Source: Schizochytrium sp. TIO01 | Taxonomy: Eukaryota > Protista > Bigyra: Labyrinthulomycetes | NCBI GenBank assembly: GCA_004764695.1 | Contig: SMSO01000035.1 | Span: forward strand, 4,228,040 to 4,292,039 | DNA: 64,000 bases | Direction of reading: 5' to 3' | In this document: piece by piece, positions 32,835 to 44,108 of the stretch | How positions within the stretch are numbered: the stretch's first letter is position 1 | How the letters are laid out: every line of letters begins with the position of its first letter | The notes under the pieces: generated by a model | What the model saw: the letters and a program-made list of their open reading frames with translations, nothing else | Told to the model about the DNA's origin: nothing | Databases searched by the model: none | Made by a program: the position numbers and the translations under genes

Positions 32835-35800
32835 CCTTTTCCAAACTTCGATAGAAAGGATTCTTTGTGATCATTGCGTAACAAATGATGAGCGCGATGG
32901 ATGAAATTACGAACGTGTTAACCTTTCAGGTATGGGTTTCGCGCAGCAGAACATCCACCTTAAATAAGCCGCAGAGGAGGCGGGGTAAAAGCAGGGAGTT
33001 CGCCGCCGCGCAGTTAAGAGCATGTGCGAAAATCCACCTTAAAGTGGCGCGAAGGCCGCTCGCTGCGGACTACGCGGCACTCGACACGCGTGGAAACGCG
33101 TGGATTGCGGCAAAGTTGGCTGCGAAAGGCCGTCACATCAGGACGAAAGGCACCTGCCTTAGGGAGGCTGCCTTGACACCCAGCTCCGGGCCCTGGGACC
33201 TGCTACAGGCTGAGATAAACGGCCTGGCGTAGGCGTGTGCTGCACATTACTGCTGTACGAAATGGCGTTTCCGTCTCCTTTGCAACAGAGAACTAAAAAA
33301 CTCTTATTTGTCTTATTATTATTATTATTCTCATATTAATTAAACTTAGAAAGAGAGAAAAGGAAAACAAGACAAAACATGAGGCTGGCGAGTGCTACTG
33401 TGGGATAAGTGGGTTCTACTTGCGGTCATGAGAAAGAAAGAAAAAGGAGTCATAACTTTATTAAGGTTATTCATTTATTTATTGATTTCCTTTTATGAAA
33501 GTCGATTAAAGTTAAAATGTTTTATTAATATATATTTTTTAAGAAAGATAGAAATGAAAATAGAAATAACTGCGAATTCTCCATTTTGGGGAGACGAGCA
33601 AAGAAACAGAACTCATGAAACGCGACGAATTGGTCGATGGATTGGCTCCAACAGAGCTCCGGAGAGGCTGGCCGAGGCCACGGAGTCCCCGCGGCGTGCG
33701 CGGCGAGAGGCCTGCAGCTGTATTGTTCGCAGCTGACGACGAAGAGAACCGAGGAAGGGGTCGCAGTTTCGCGGATCTCGAACAAACAATTGGAGATCTC
33801 TCATATGTGTTTACATGATATTTGTATGGTTATTCTTAGATTGCGCAGAGACAAATTTGCTGGTTCTTGAGGATTGCTCGAGACATCGCGATCAACGACC
33901 TCGAGGAGCGCTGACAGTCTCTGCTTGGCTTTGGCGCTGGGGCGGCTGCACGGGCGGGTCTTTGATCGCGAGCGGGCGGGAGCGAGTGGGCAACGCAGAA
34001 CTTCGATGCGGGAATGGGCTTTTGGAGCCATGCATGCGCTCGTTTCTGTATACGGATACACGCGCGACTGCGACCTTTGTGGGTTTCCCGGTGGGGGGAA
34101 AAGGGTTGAGCGACCTTGGGCACTCGGTAGAGCAGACCCGGAGGTGGCCAACCGCGAGCTAACCACGAGCCTCGAGTGCGTGTCTGTGAATCGTGATTAT
34201 TCATGAATCGTGCGTGGTTCACGGTATCGCGCTCGTTCGTATTGACCGAGGATTCGTGCGGGTTCCCCGTGGCCACCACCTTGGCGGTTTGCTGATGGGA
34301 AAACTTGAAGAGCTGCGAAGCTGATGAGATCTTTGAAGAAGCTTCAAGCCCGACTCGTTCAGGTTGTTCTAGCTAGAGGAGAGCTGTGAAGAAGACCGTG
34401 TCTCGTCTGGGAAACTTTATGGACCCGACCAGCGCGTGAGTAGCAGCAGATCCACCTTTTGTGCAGGTGCTCGCCCACGGCACCAAATGCAAAGGCGTCG
34501 AAACGGGATGATCTCGTCGAGCTAGCTTTCCAAAGAGGCGCACGGGCCTCCTTATCATGCTCGGTTCTCTAGAGCTAGGAGCGATTGATTGATTGACTGC
34601 CTGCGAACCGTGATGGAAGCAAGCCAGTGACCGCGAAGCACAAAGTCGTACTGGGCTGGGCTGTCACTATTCAGGGCGTTCTGACCTTCGCTGACCTGGC
34701 AGACAATCACTCAGATCTTTTCTCTCGGACAGAGCCGCGGTAGTGAAAGGTACTTACTGAAGAGGATACGGGATGGATCCAGAGACCAGCGAGCTGCTAA
34801 GAAGAGACGATATCCATGAGGAAAGAGGAAAACACAGAAAATGCAATACCGATTCAGTCGCAATGCAAGTGATGAGATGCGTGAGGATCGATTCATGCGT
34901 GCAGCATCTCCTGAATACCAGGCACCTGCAACATAGCTTGTACAGAGACCCACGCCCGCAAGTCGAGGTGTGGCTGCGCGAGTCGCGAAAAAGCACCATT
35001 TTCAACTAAAATTTTAAAACATAAAAAATAAAATAAAAATTGCGATACCAAGATCTTTAAGCGAGCTACATGGGCATATTTTGGATCAGATTGACCAGCT
35101 GATCCAGAGCCAGTCCGTGACCTTTATGTTCGTAGTTTCGTTCCTTGGAGATCATGGCGACCAGATGAATGAACAAACAAGAGCACGATCATATCTAATT
35201 TAGAGACTACAAGCAAAAAACTGATTTACGCAATGCAAGTTGAAGAGCTAAGTTGAATCGACCATTGTATGCTTAGAGTTCATTACATGGTAGGATAAAC
35301 CCCAAACAAAAGTTGGGGACTATTGACATCGCAACAGACCATCTCTAGGGATGAAGTTTTCTTTTCGAAGACAGCTGGAAACTGGACTTCGAGGCTGATC
35401 ATGCGCTCATTATACTTGCAATTATGCTGCAAAGAGTAAACTGCTTCCGAAGGAGGGAGGAAAATAATCAGCAACAAAAGGAGAAGAAGAAGAAGAATCA
35501 GGAGAAAACATACATCATACAAAAAACAAAAAAGGCAGAGGAAAGAATAGTTTATTTCATTGCTGCGCGTTATACATGAGGACAAAAGTCTCCCCACAAG
35601 GGAGAAATAACCCACACAATGTGAGAGGGAATTTCAATCGCCCTGCTAAATTATTCCAAACAGCTTCGTCACAGTCAATTTCTTAGCAATGTCCATACAA
35701 AGTTCTTGCTTGCGTGGACACATGGTTTTATTGTTGGCCGCACCATAAAATCTTCAAAGTAGAAAACACGTGGCCAAGCTCACTCAGCGCTGATTAATTT

Positions 35801-35910
35801 CAATCCAGAGACTCGGCAAGGACCTGGTGGAAGCGGGCAGTTTCAAACAAAAGAAGATTAAAAATAAAAGAGAAAGATGGGAAACAGGGAACTGCAAGCA
35901 TGCGCAGCTT

Positions 35911-37327
35911 TTATGGGGTTGCCGGAAGGCTCTGCGAGAGAGTTTGTTCCTTATCTGTGTCACGAGACCTGACCCACTGCTTGTGAGCTGGTGGCGCAAA
36001 CCCCCCGCGACCACGGCCCCGAGACAGAAAACCTCCTCCGCTACCACCACCCTCGGCCCCTGTAAGGTGCACCACGATACGAAGATGAGCCTCTAAAGTA
36101 CGAATTGCTCGCACCCCTGAAGCCGGTGCTATTGCCACGCATAGCACCTGCACCCCACACGGATTTGCTGGCACTAGACTCCGACTGATCTTGACCTTCC
36201 TGATCATTGTTGCCGAGGTCGTTGTAATTGCTGTCACCTTCGTCGCCCTGCTGCTGATTCTGTTTATCCTCTTCAAGCCCCGGCCGCGTAAAGGTCATAT
36301 TTCTGTTCGCCGGCGAGGGTCCTGCATCTGGGATTTGCGAATTCTGTTGACCGGATACCTCTACAAGACCACCGTCACCGTCTTTGACAAAGGTGCGGTT
36401 TCCAAAGCCCCCAAAGCCACCGCGGCCTCCGCCTCTGGACGCAAAGGACCCGAAGCCACCCCGAACAGCCTGCGTCGCAGGCGCCCCGCCCATGATGCTC
36501 GAAAAGGCAGTCGAGGAGAAATCACCGTTCGATTTTGACGCACCGTCGTTACCAGCTTCATTGTTATTTTCACTTCTGTCCATGTCATCACCATTACCCT
36601 TATTGTTATCGTAGCTGTTGTCGTTGTTGTTGTTGTTGTCACCAAACCTAGACCACGTCATGGCGCCTCGCGCAGCAGCAGCCTCATTAACAGTTTCATT
36701 GGCAGCGTTGGAGGAAGATGCCTGTTCCTCCTTGGGCTGAGGCGCCTTGGGGTCTTTAGCGGCGCGGAAGGTTGCAAAGTCTGTAGCAGCGCCACTCTTG
36801 AGGTACTCGAGGTACATGGATGCGAGCGGTGACAACGGAGCAGAGCTACTACGGGGGTCGCGCTGCGCAGCCCCTTCAAGAGGGCGCTTACGGGATGAAT
36901 GGGCCGCATCAGAGGAGCCAGAGGGACCACGAGTGGACTCGGTTGCAGTTGACTTCTCAAGATCCTGCTGAAGACGAGCCTTTTCTTGCTCGAGCTTGGC
37001 CATCTTCTGGCGCATGATGGCAAGCTGCTCTTCGGGAGAAGGGCCGACATGAAGAGTCTTCTTGAGCACGCCAGTGAGCCACTCACAGAGCTCATCAGTG
37101 TAGTCACCATCAGCAACTTCAGCGAGAGAGCTCGCGATCTCTGCCATAGGCGTATGGTTGCTCAGCATGACCTGCAGGTACTCCACGAAGGTTGAATCCG
37201 CATCCTCGCCGGTGAGTTCTAGAATTTTCGCGGAAACGCGGGCGGAGAGGTCATCCTTCTCCGAAGAGCTCAGCTCACGGTCCTCCGGAAGCTTGAATTC
37301 GCGCCATGTGCCTGAAGAAGCGCTCAT
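35911..37327 (-). CDS. PWI-like (Nab2/ZC3H14-type N-terminus) plus RGG-repeat RNA-binding protein; one +1 frameshift near 36050, about 471 aa if corrected
   Basis: VSAKILELTGEDADSTFVEYLQVMLSN...IASSL...LCEWL, a coiled coil and RGG/FGG repeats. The tail continues in the frame of ORF 35911..36276 (GGFLSRGRGRGGF...KQWVR). First ATG at 37327. Confidence 0.75.
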
Positions 37328-38561
37328 CGTAGCGGCCTCTCGTCTCGATACGCTTCTGCCTCTCCGCCAACTCCTCCTCCCTTTCCTTCCCAAGCTTTTT
37401 CCCGTCCTTCACCAAAGTAGACTATACCTTCTATTCTCTACTTCCAAGGCACCGCTCCAAATGAAGTATAGCTCTTCACTTCTGTACACTTTCCCGTTTA
37501 TCTCACTTGTCCATTCCATTTGTTCTACTGTGAAACTAAGCTTTGTTCCATTGTAGCTGCAAATAGATATACCTCACTATTTAGGCGATAGTGACTGGTA
37601 AAGGGGGCACGGGAACTTTCGGATCTCTGGGAACAGCAGAGAGCACACTCGGAACGTTGGGAACGAGAGCAACGCGAAATTGAGAGCCAGGAACGCGTGC
37701 GGAACCTGTGGGTAACGCAGCGGGGAGGAACGCGGGTGTTCTTTCAGTGTTCTCCGCCCCTTGCTTTGGCTTCCTGCTCGTTCTTTGTGGGGCCGCAGCA
37801 GGAAGAAAGAGGTCCACAGCAGAGAAAGCGGCGGGAAAGTAGAGTATAGCGGGGCGTACTATAGACAATCGGGGAGGGTACAGTAGAGTATAGCGGACCG
37901 GAAGTGGGAAATACGGCGAAAAGAGAGAGGAAAAGTGCCTAACGGTAGCTAGCTATAGCTAGCTAGCTAAGAGGAAGCGACACTTTGATTGCGTTGTTCT
38001 GGCTAGGTATACTGTAGTAGGCACCTGGGAATAGCGCAGTGTGTGCGGCGGTTTGTTCTACTTTGGGGAAGGATAGTGTACTGTGTGGCAAGTAGAGTAT
38101 ACGGGGTCCAAGTGGGTTATGGGGGGCGACGAATTTGGGTTGCGGCAGCGTACTTTGTATGTTTGATGATGATCATCGTTCGCCGTGGCTCTTTCGGTAA
38201 ACGCAGATCGAGGCGAAGTCCGCGGCGGTCGGGCTGGCTTTGGAAGCAGGCAGAGGCACCGCGAAGAGGTCAACAGGGGAGACCTCCCGGGCGGCAGGGT
38301 CGACCGCAAAGGTAGCTCTGCCACACCCAAACCGAGGCTAGTTTTTTTGGCTCGGGCCCGAAACCCGGCAAAGACCGCAATAGTATTTTAGAGGAAGTCG
38401 AAGCCTTGCGAAGGGAACGGAGGTAGAAACCGAATTAGGGCGCGTGGAAAAGCATCGCTAAGAGCTCGAGGATCCTGGGAAAGGTGGTCTTCGGGAGCGT
38501 GGGTAAAACCTGCGTTTAGGTGGTGAGTTGTCTTTAGTCTCGTCAGTGTCGTTGCGTGGAA

Positions 38562-39968
38562 ATGAGGGTTTCTGTGCGTGCAGCGAGGCGGCACTTGGCA
38601 AAATGCTCGGATCTGATGTGCGAAATTAATGCCAGTGATGCAAGACGTGGCGTTTGGCGAGACGCTTTTGGCGGAGCATTTTCTCAACGACGCTGGGCTG
38701 GAGTTGATACAGATATTGTTCGAAGAGTTCGCGAAGAGTGGGAACATGTTCGCAAGGATATTCACATGCACCCGGAGCTTGGTGGCGAAGAGGAGCGTAC
38801 GTCTAAATTGGTCCAGGCACGACTCGAGGAGTTTGGAATGGATGAGATTCGCACAGGTATTGGTGGCCACGGGCTCGTGGGCACGATCAAGGGGACGCAA
38901 GCGGCTTCCGAAGACGATCCCGCTGCACGCCGACAGATCGGTATCCGCGCAGACATGGACTGCTTGCCCATGGACGAGGCGAATGACTTCCCGCACCGCT
39001 CAAGAGTTCCCGGAAGGTTCCATGGATGTGGCCACGACGGACACACCACTGTGCTGCTTGCTGCTGCCGAGTACATTTCAAAGCGAAGAGAGTCCTTCGC
39101 GGGTACTGTTCACTTCATCTTCCAGCCTGCGGAGGAGAATTACGCTGGCGCTAAACTTATGATTGAAGATGGTCTCTTACGAACACACACTTTGTGTGAT
39201 GAGATCTATGGAATTCACAACTGGCCATACCCAGAAGTTCCTCCTGGGCGCATCTCAGTACGATCGGGAGCCATCATGGCCAGCTGTGATGAGTTCCGAA
39301 TTGTCATTAAGGGCGAAGGTGGCCATGCAGCAATGCCACATCTCACAGTGGACCCAATCACGATTGGATCCCAGCTCGTGTCTACTTTGCAGACTGTTGT
39401 CTCGAGAACTGGAGACCCTCTGCACCCGGTGGTACTCAGCATCACAAAGTTCACAGCAGGGTCTGCATATAATGTGATTCCAAACACTGCCGAGCTCTGC
39501 GGCACTGTTCGCGCGTTTCGAGAGGATGATCGAGGCCGTGTCCAAGCGCAGCTGGAGCGCATGTCACAGAGCGTGTGTATGGCATCGAACGCCACAGCTA
39601 CTGTAGAATATTTCCGGGGCTACCCGCCAACGGTGAACTCCAAAGTGCACGCTGCGCACGCTCAAAAAGCCGCGGAACTCGCTTTTGGCTTGGAGAATGT
39701 TATCACAGACTGCGACCCGTCCCTTGCCGCGGAGGATTTTTCATATATGCTCGATCAGGTTGGAGGAGCATATGCATGGGTTGGCGCTGCCTCGCCGGGC
39801 AAGTTACACGAGGTTAACTTCGATTTCGACGATGCTATTATTCCTGTGACTGTGCAGTACTTTGCCAACCTCGTCAAGTTGCGCCTTACAGCTTCATCCG
39901 CTCCCGATGATGAAAAGCCTAATGCGCAGTCTTCTTCTTCCTCTTCTTCTTCTGCTGCTGCACGATAA
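38562..39968 (+). CDS. M20D family amidohydrolase (hippurate hydrolase-like) with probable mitochondrial presequence
   Basis: DIHMHPELGGEE, GIRADMDCLPM, HGCGHDGH, FQPAEE, GGHAAMPH, AEDF, LH..NFDFDD; Arg-rich N-terminus. Confidence 0.93.
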   Translation: MRVSVRAARRHLAKCSDLMCEINASDARRGVWRDAFGGAFSQRRWAGVDTDIVRRVREEWEHVRKDIHMHPELGGEEERTSKLVQARLEEFGMDEIRTGIGGHGLVGTIKGTQAASEDDPAARRQIGIRADMDCLPMDEANDFPHRSRVPGRFHGCGHDGHTTVLLAAAEYISKRRESFAGTVHFIFQPAEENYAGAKLMIEDGLLRTHTLCDEIYGIHNWPYPEVPPGRISVRSGAIMASCDEFRIVIKGEGGHAAMPHLTVDPITIGSQLVSTLQTVVSRTGDPLHPVVLSITKFTAGSAYNVIPNTAELCGTVRAFREDDRGRVQAQLERMSQSVCMASNATATVEYFRGYPPTVNSKVHAAHAQKAAELAFGLENVITDCDPSLAAEDFSYMLDQVGGAYAWVGAASPGKLHEVNFDFDDAIIPVTVQYFANLVKLRLTASSAPDDEKPNAQSSSSSSSSAAAR

Positions 39969-42900
39969 CAAAATTTTGTACCTGCCCAAGACGACAGAAG
40001 AAGATGAACCAAACCAAAACACACAAACAAACTACACATACATTTGATATGCCCGCTATACACCTGAAACGCCTAGTAGTATTTGGCGATTGCCAGCAGC
40101 GTGTATTTATTTGTCCTCACTAGAGGTTCATAACCATAATAGAACTAGAGGTTTTCTTTCCTTCCGAGGGCATGCCGGTAGAGAGGCAATTTGTTGAATG
40201 ACAGCAAACAGGGTAGGGCAATTTCCGAACAAAAACCTCAAGTCAGTCAACGGGAGCTCTGCTGATCAAGTTCGCAAGCAATAGCACGTCATTACTTGTA
40301 TCACCAAGATTATCTGCAGCCTGTGTGCGAGAATCACCAGGTAGAAAATCGCACGAATGTTTGCGGATGTTAAGGGTCTTCTCTCTTATGTTTTGTTTCC
40401 CCTTTTATCTTCTCTTTACCTTCTCCAGTGTTGCCCCCCCCCCCATGATGGCTCATTACCGACCGTCACAATCCATTTTTCCCTTGCCAGGGCCCAGCAA
40501 ATCCTTGATTGCTAATCAGTAAGCATATAAACAATAAACATACATCTCGACAGGACCGGCTTACATCCAGGCCATCTCTCAAAAATCTCACGGAAAGCAA
40601 AATCATACGTAAAGATTAGCCAGAGAGTATTTTTTAAAAGTAAGATATGGATTTGAGCTCCCGTCACGATTCACTTGACGAAGGAAGACTAAATGGTACG
40701 CTGCGGTGTAGGTAGTTAATTTATAGGTCGCTGGCTTCGTGCTTTATTCGATTATTATCCTCTTTTTCTATTCGAGACTCCCGAATTACTATTTTGCCAC
40801 CTTAAATCTTAAAAAGATATCCATTTATTTAAAAAAAGTAAAAAAAAGAAAAAGTAAAAAAATCTAATTGCCCTTCAGCTATTCTTTCGTGCGTCTTTTT
40901 TCATGTCAAAATTTACATGTGAAGTTCGCTCTTGTTCTTTCCTCCCATCACAGCAGTCAAAAAGATATTGTAATCCAATCCAGGTCGATGTAAAGAGACG
41001 CAACAACAAGGTGCAAACGCCGACGGAAGGTTGTCTGGAATAACTAAGTACCCACGCCTTCCCATAGCTACCAAAGGATGCATGCCAAGAGTCAGTCGCA
41101 TTCGAGATGCCAAATCAACATTTCAAGCTTTCCTTTTTCACCTGCCATCGCAAACAGATGTTCCGTGAAATCAGCACATCCCAAAGGATACATGTACACG
41201 TACGTACACGTTCTTCTATCTTCTATTATGCCAAGTTGTCCCTGCGCGACATCGTTCCCCATTCACATGACAACATAAATAGTAGCCGTTTGACGCGACT
41301 CTCGTCTCCATCGTTGGACCCTCAAACTTCTCCTAGCGCTGGGCTGTGATCACTCCCTCACTCCCTCCCTCCAAGGCCTTGCCTGGTTATTTACTACCTG
41401 CGTACTTTCGCATGGCCATGTAATGCACGCACTACCTGGAGTGCTAAGCGTGCTAGGCACTACTGCTGCTAGCCACGCCTAGGCACTGCTACTGCTACAT
41501 GTACTCCTAGTAGCTGTAGGCACTTCTACCGTTTGGGATGTTCTCTTTCGGTCCACGGTGCCTTTTCAACGTCGTCGGCACCTCAGAGCGGGTCTTCTTG
41601 AAGTTGGCTGCAGCGAGCGAGGGTTCTTCTTGTCCTGGTTCGGACTGCCATCGCTGCTGGCGGCCTTGTGTGCTTTATCTGGGATGGCCGGCCGAGTTGG
41701 TCCACACGCACGCACGCCATCGTCCTCGCGCTCGAGTCGCTTGCGACCAATCAAGCGCGATTGAAGCATCTGTGGCCCAGCCGAGGCAGCGGCGGCGGCG
41801 GTGGCGAGGCCGAAAGCCCTGGCCTGAGGCCGAAGCGCTCGCGGACGGCCAAGAGAGAGATTCGCAGTAGCCCGACAGCCAAAGCGAGCGTACGTGCAAG
41901 TGTTTGCCAAGGGAATGTGGACATGAACTTGCGTGCTGACCTGCTGCTGCTGCTGCTGCTGCTGCTGTCTCAAGGTGCCGTCTGCTCACCCGATTCAGGC
42001 AGGCAGGCAGGCGCACTCCGGCATCTGGTGTCCAGGTACTGTGCGTACCTCCATCTTCCCGAGTTTGTTCGGTCCTCGACGCAGAGGTTGTCCAAGAGCG
42101 GCTCGCTTGCGTTGCCGCCCGCCATGGAGATTGATCGACCTGGCCTCAGGTATCGTGGATCCGCCGCCATGGAGGCCGCGGCGTCGTCAGCCAGGCGGAC
42201 CGCGAGAGGTACCCATGTCTCGCGAGCAGCTGCGGCGGCCTCCGCAGGCAACGCGTGCGCAGCTCTGCGAGCTTGCTTGCTTGCTTGCTCGCTCGAGGAA
42301 GGAGGAATGGAGAAGAGCGCGAAGAGATCGACTGCTGCCAGAATGGCAAAATGGGCATTCCTATAGTAAACGGTATATGGGTGCTAGAGGTAGGGCTCGA
42401 AGACGAACTAAAGCAATTGCAGAAACTGACGTCGCGCGGATGAAGGAATGAATGAATACCTCGAGGCCAAGGACCTGAGGTCTGGAGGACGGTGGGGCTG
42501 GAGGACGCGAGAGAGAAGCGGAGACTCTGGCGAGGAGGTCTGAGGCCCTGGAGCAGGCAGCCGCAGCTTTGGAGGTCTACTGAGGCGACGGCCATTTTGG
42601 GCGCCGTTGACGTCCTCGAAAAAGTTCTTTCGACTGACTTGAAAGAAAGTTGGAAGAGAAACTTTTTTCTTAATTTAATTTAATTTAATTTAATAAGAAT
42701 TAATTAATTCTCTATTTTAACTGATTCTCTCGAAACGACTGCGTAGGAGTTACTTAGTCTGCATAGGCTAGAAAAGCTGAGAGGAAAACACTTCAAAGCA
42801 AAGAATGAAAGAATGAAAGAAAGAAAGAAAGAAAGAAAGGTGTTCTTACAAAAGAACTGTGACTGAAAGGAGACTTAGAAAGTTAGAAAGAAGAAGAAAA

Positions 42901-43513
42901 AAGAAAAGGAAAAAGAAGAGGAACAGAACAGGGCTCATTTTCATTCTCGTTCCCATTCGCATTCATTCTCAGCCACGAAGAAGAAGAAGAAGAAGAAGAA
43001 GAAGAAGGTGACTTGAAGGAGGGACGAGGCGAGCCCTCATTCTCAGAGCACAGCGGAGATCCCGCACAATCTCCACATTTCCCTGACTGCTCAGAGATTA
43101 TGGTGCGACGCTAGCTTGAAGAGCGAGTGCTGATGATAAAAAGACGTTTTCTCACTTATGACGGCGACGATAATGATCGATAGTATGTTTAATTGAAAAT
43201 AATAATCTTTGAAGAGTTGAATGATTGATAAAATGGTTATTGAGATTAATAAAAGTCGTTTGAACCATGGAATAACTAACAGGGTATTGAAAAGGAGGAA
43301 AGCTAAAGGCTTTCTCTTCGGTCTCCGGAAACTGAGACGCCATTGAAATGTGGTGTGTTTGAAATCAGAATGAGGGCGTTGGTTTGGAGAGCTGGCGAGC
43401 GTATGAATGAAATGGGCCTTGAGCCACTTGACGCTGGATCTGTTCATGGAAAGAATTGCGGAATGTACTAAAAGAGATCAAACTTGATGACCCTTTTTTC
43501 TTTTCTTTTCTCT

Positions 43514-43550
<37 letters not shown>

Positions 43551-44108
43551 CCGCCTGATTCCTTTTCTTTTATGGATAGATCGAATAGCAAATCCGCAAC
43601 CACGGCGAAGCGGACACTGAGATTGATCGCTCTGCGCGGCGGAGGCGCTTGCGGGGACAGAGGGAGAGAAGAGGCCGTTGCCAGGCACCGCTGCTGCGTC
43701 CTAGTGCGCCGCTACCAGCAGGGCCTGTAGCTGCCGCTCTGCTAGCGAAGAAAGCAAGCATCCACGGCGGCTTGGAGACTGCGACTGTCTCTTCTTTTTG
43801 TTATTATCTAGCTAGCAGAAAGTCAGAGCACTTGCGCGCTCCCGGGCGACAAAGACTGCGACAAAGACGGCCACGAAGACGTCGGGAGGGCGGCACGGAG
43901 GTATCTGGAACCGCTTAGCAGAGGAAGGGAATCTGTGTGGCCAAGAGAGGGTTTAAGAAGGCGTCTTTGACGTTTGACGGTGCCGAAATTGACCTGTAAA
44001 GGCGAATTGGATACGAGCCCATTTCGGAGGGCTTCAAACCGCAATCCCAAACAGGACCCAGAGGCCAAGAGAGTTTCGCGTGCGGCATTGCTGCAGAAGA
44101 TCAACAGT

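Noticed and set aside
32242-32904. ORFs with QTYKHTN/CLYVCMF repeats (similar ORFs at 52884-53254)
   Set aside because: Translations of microsatellites.
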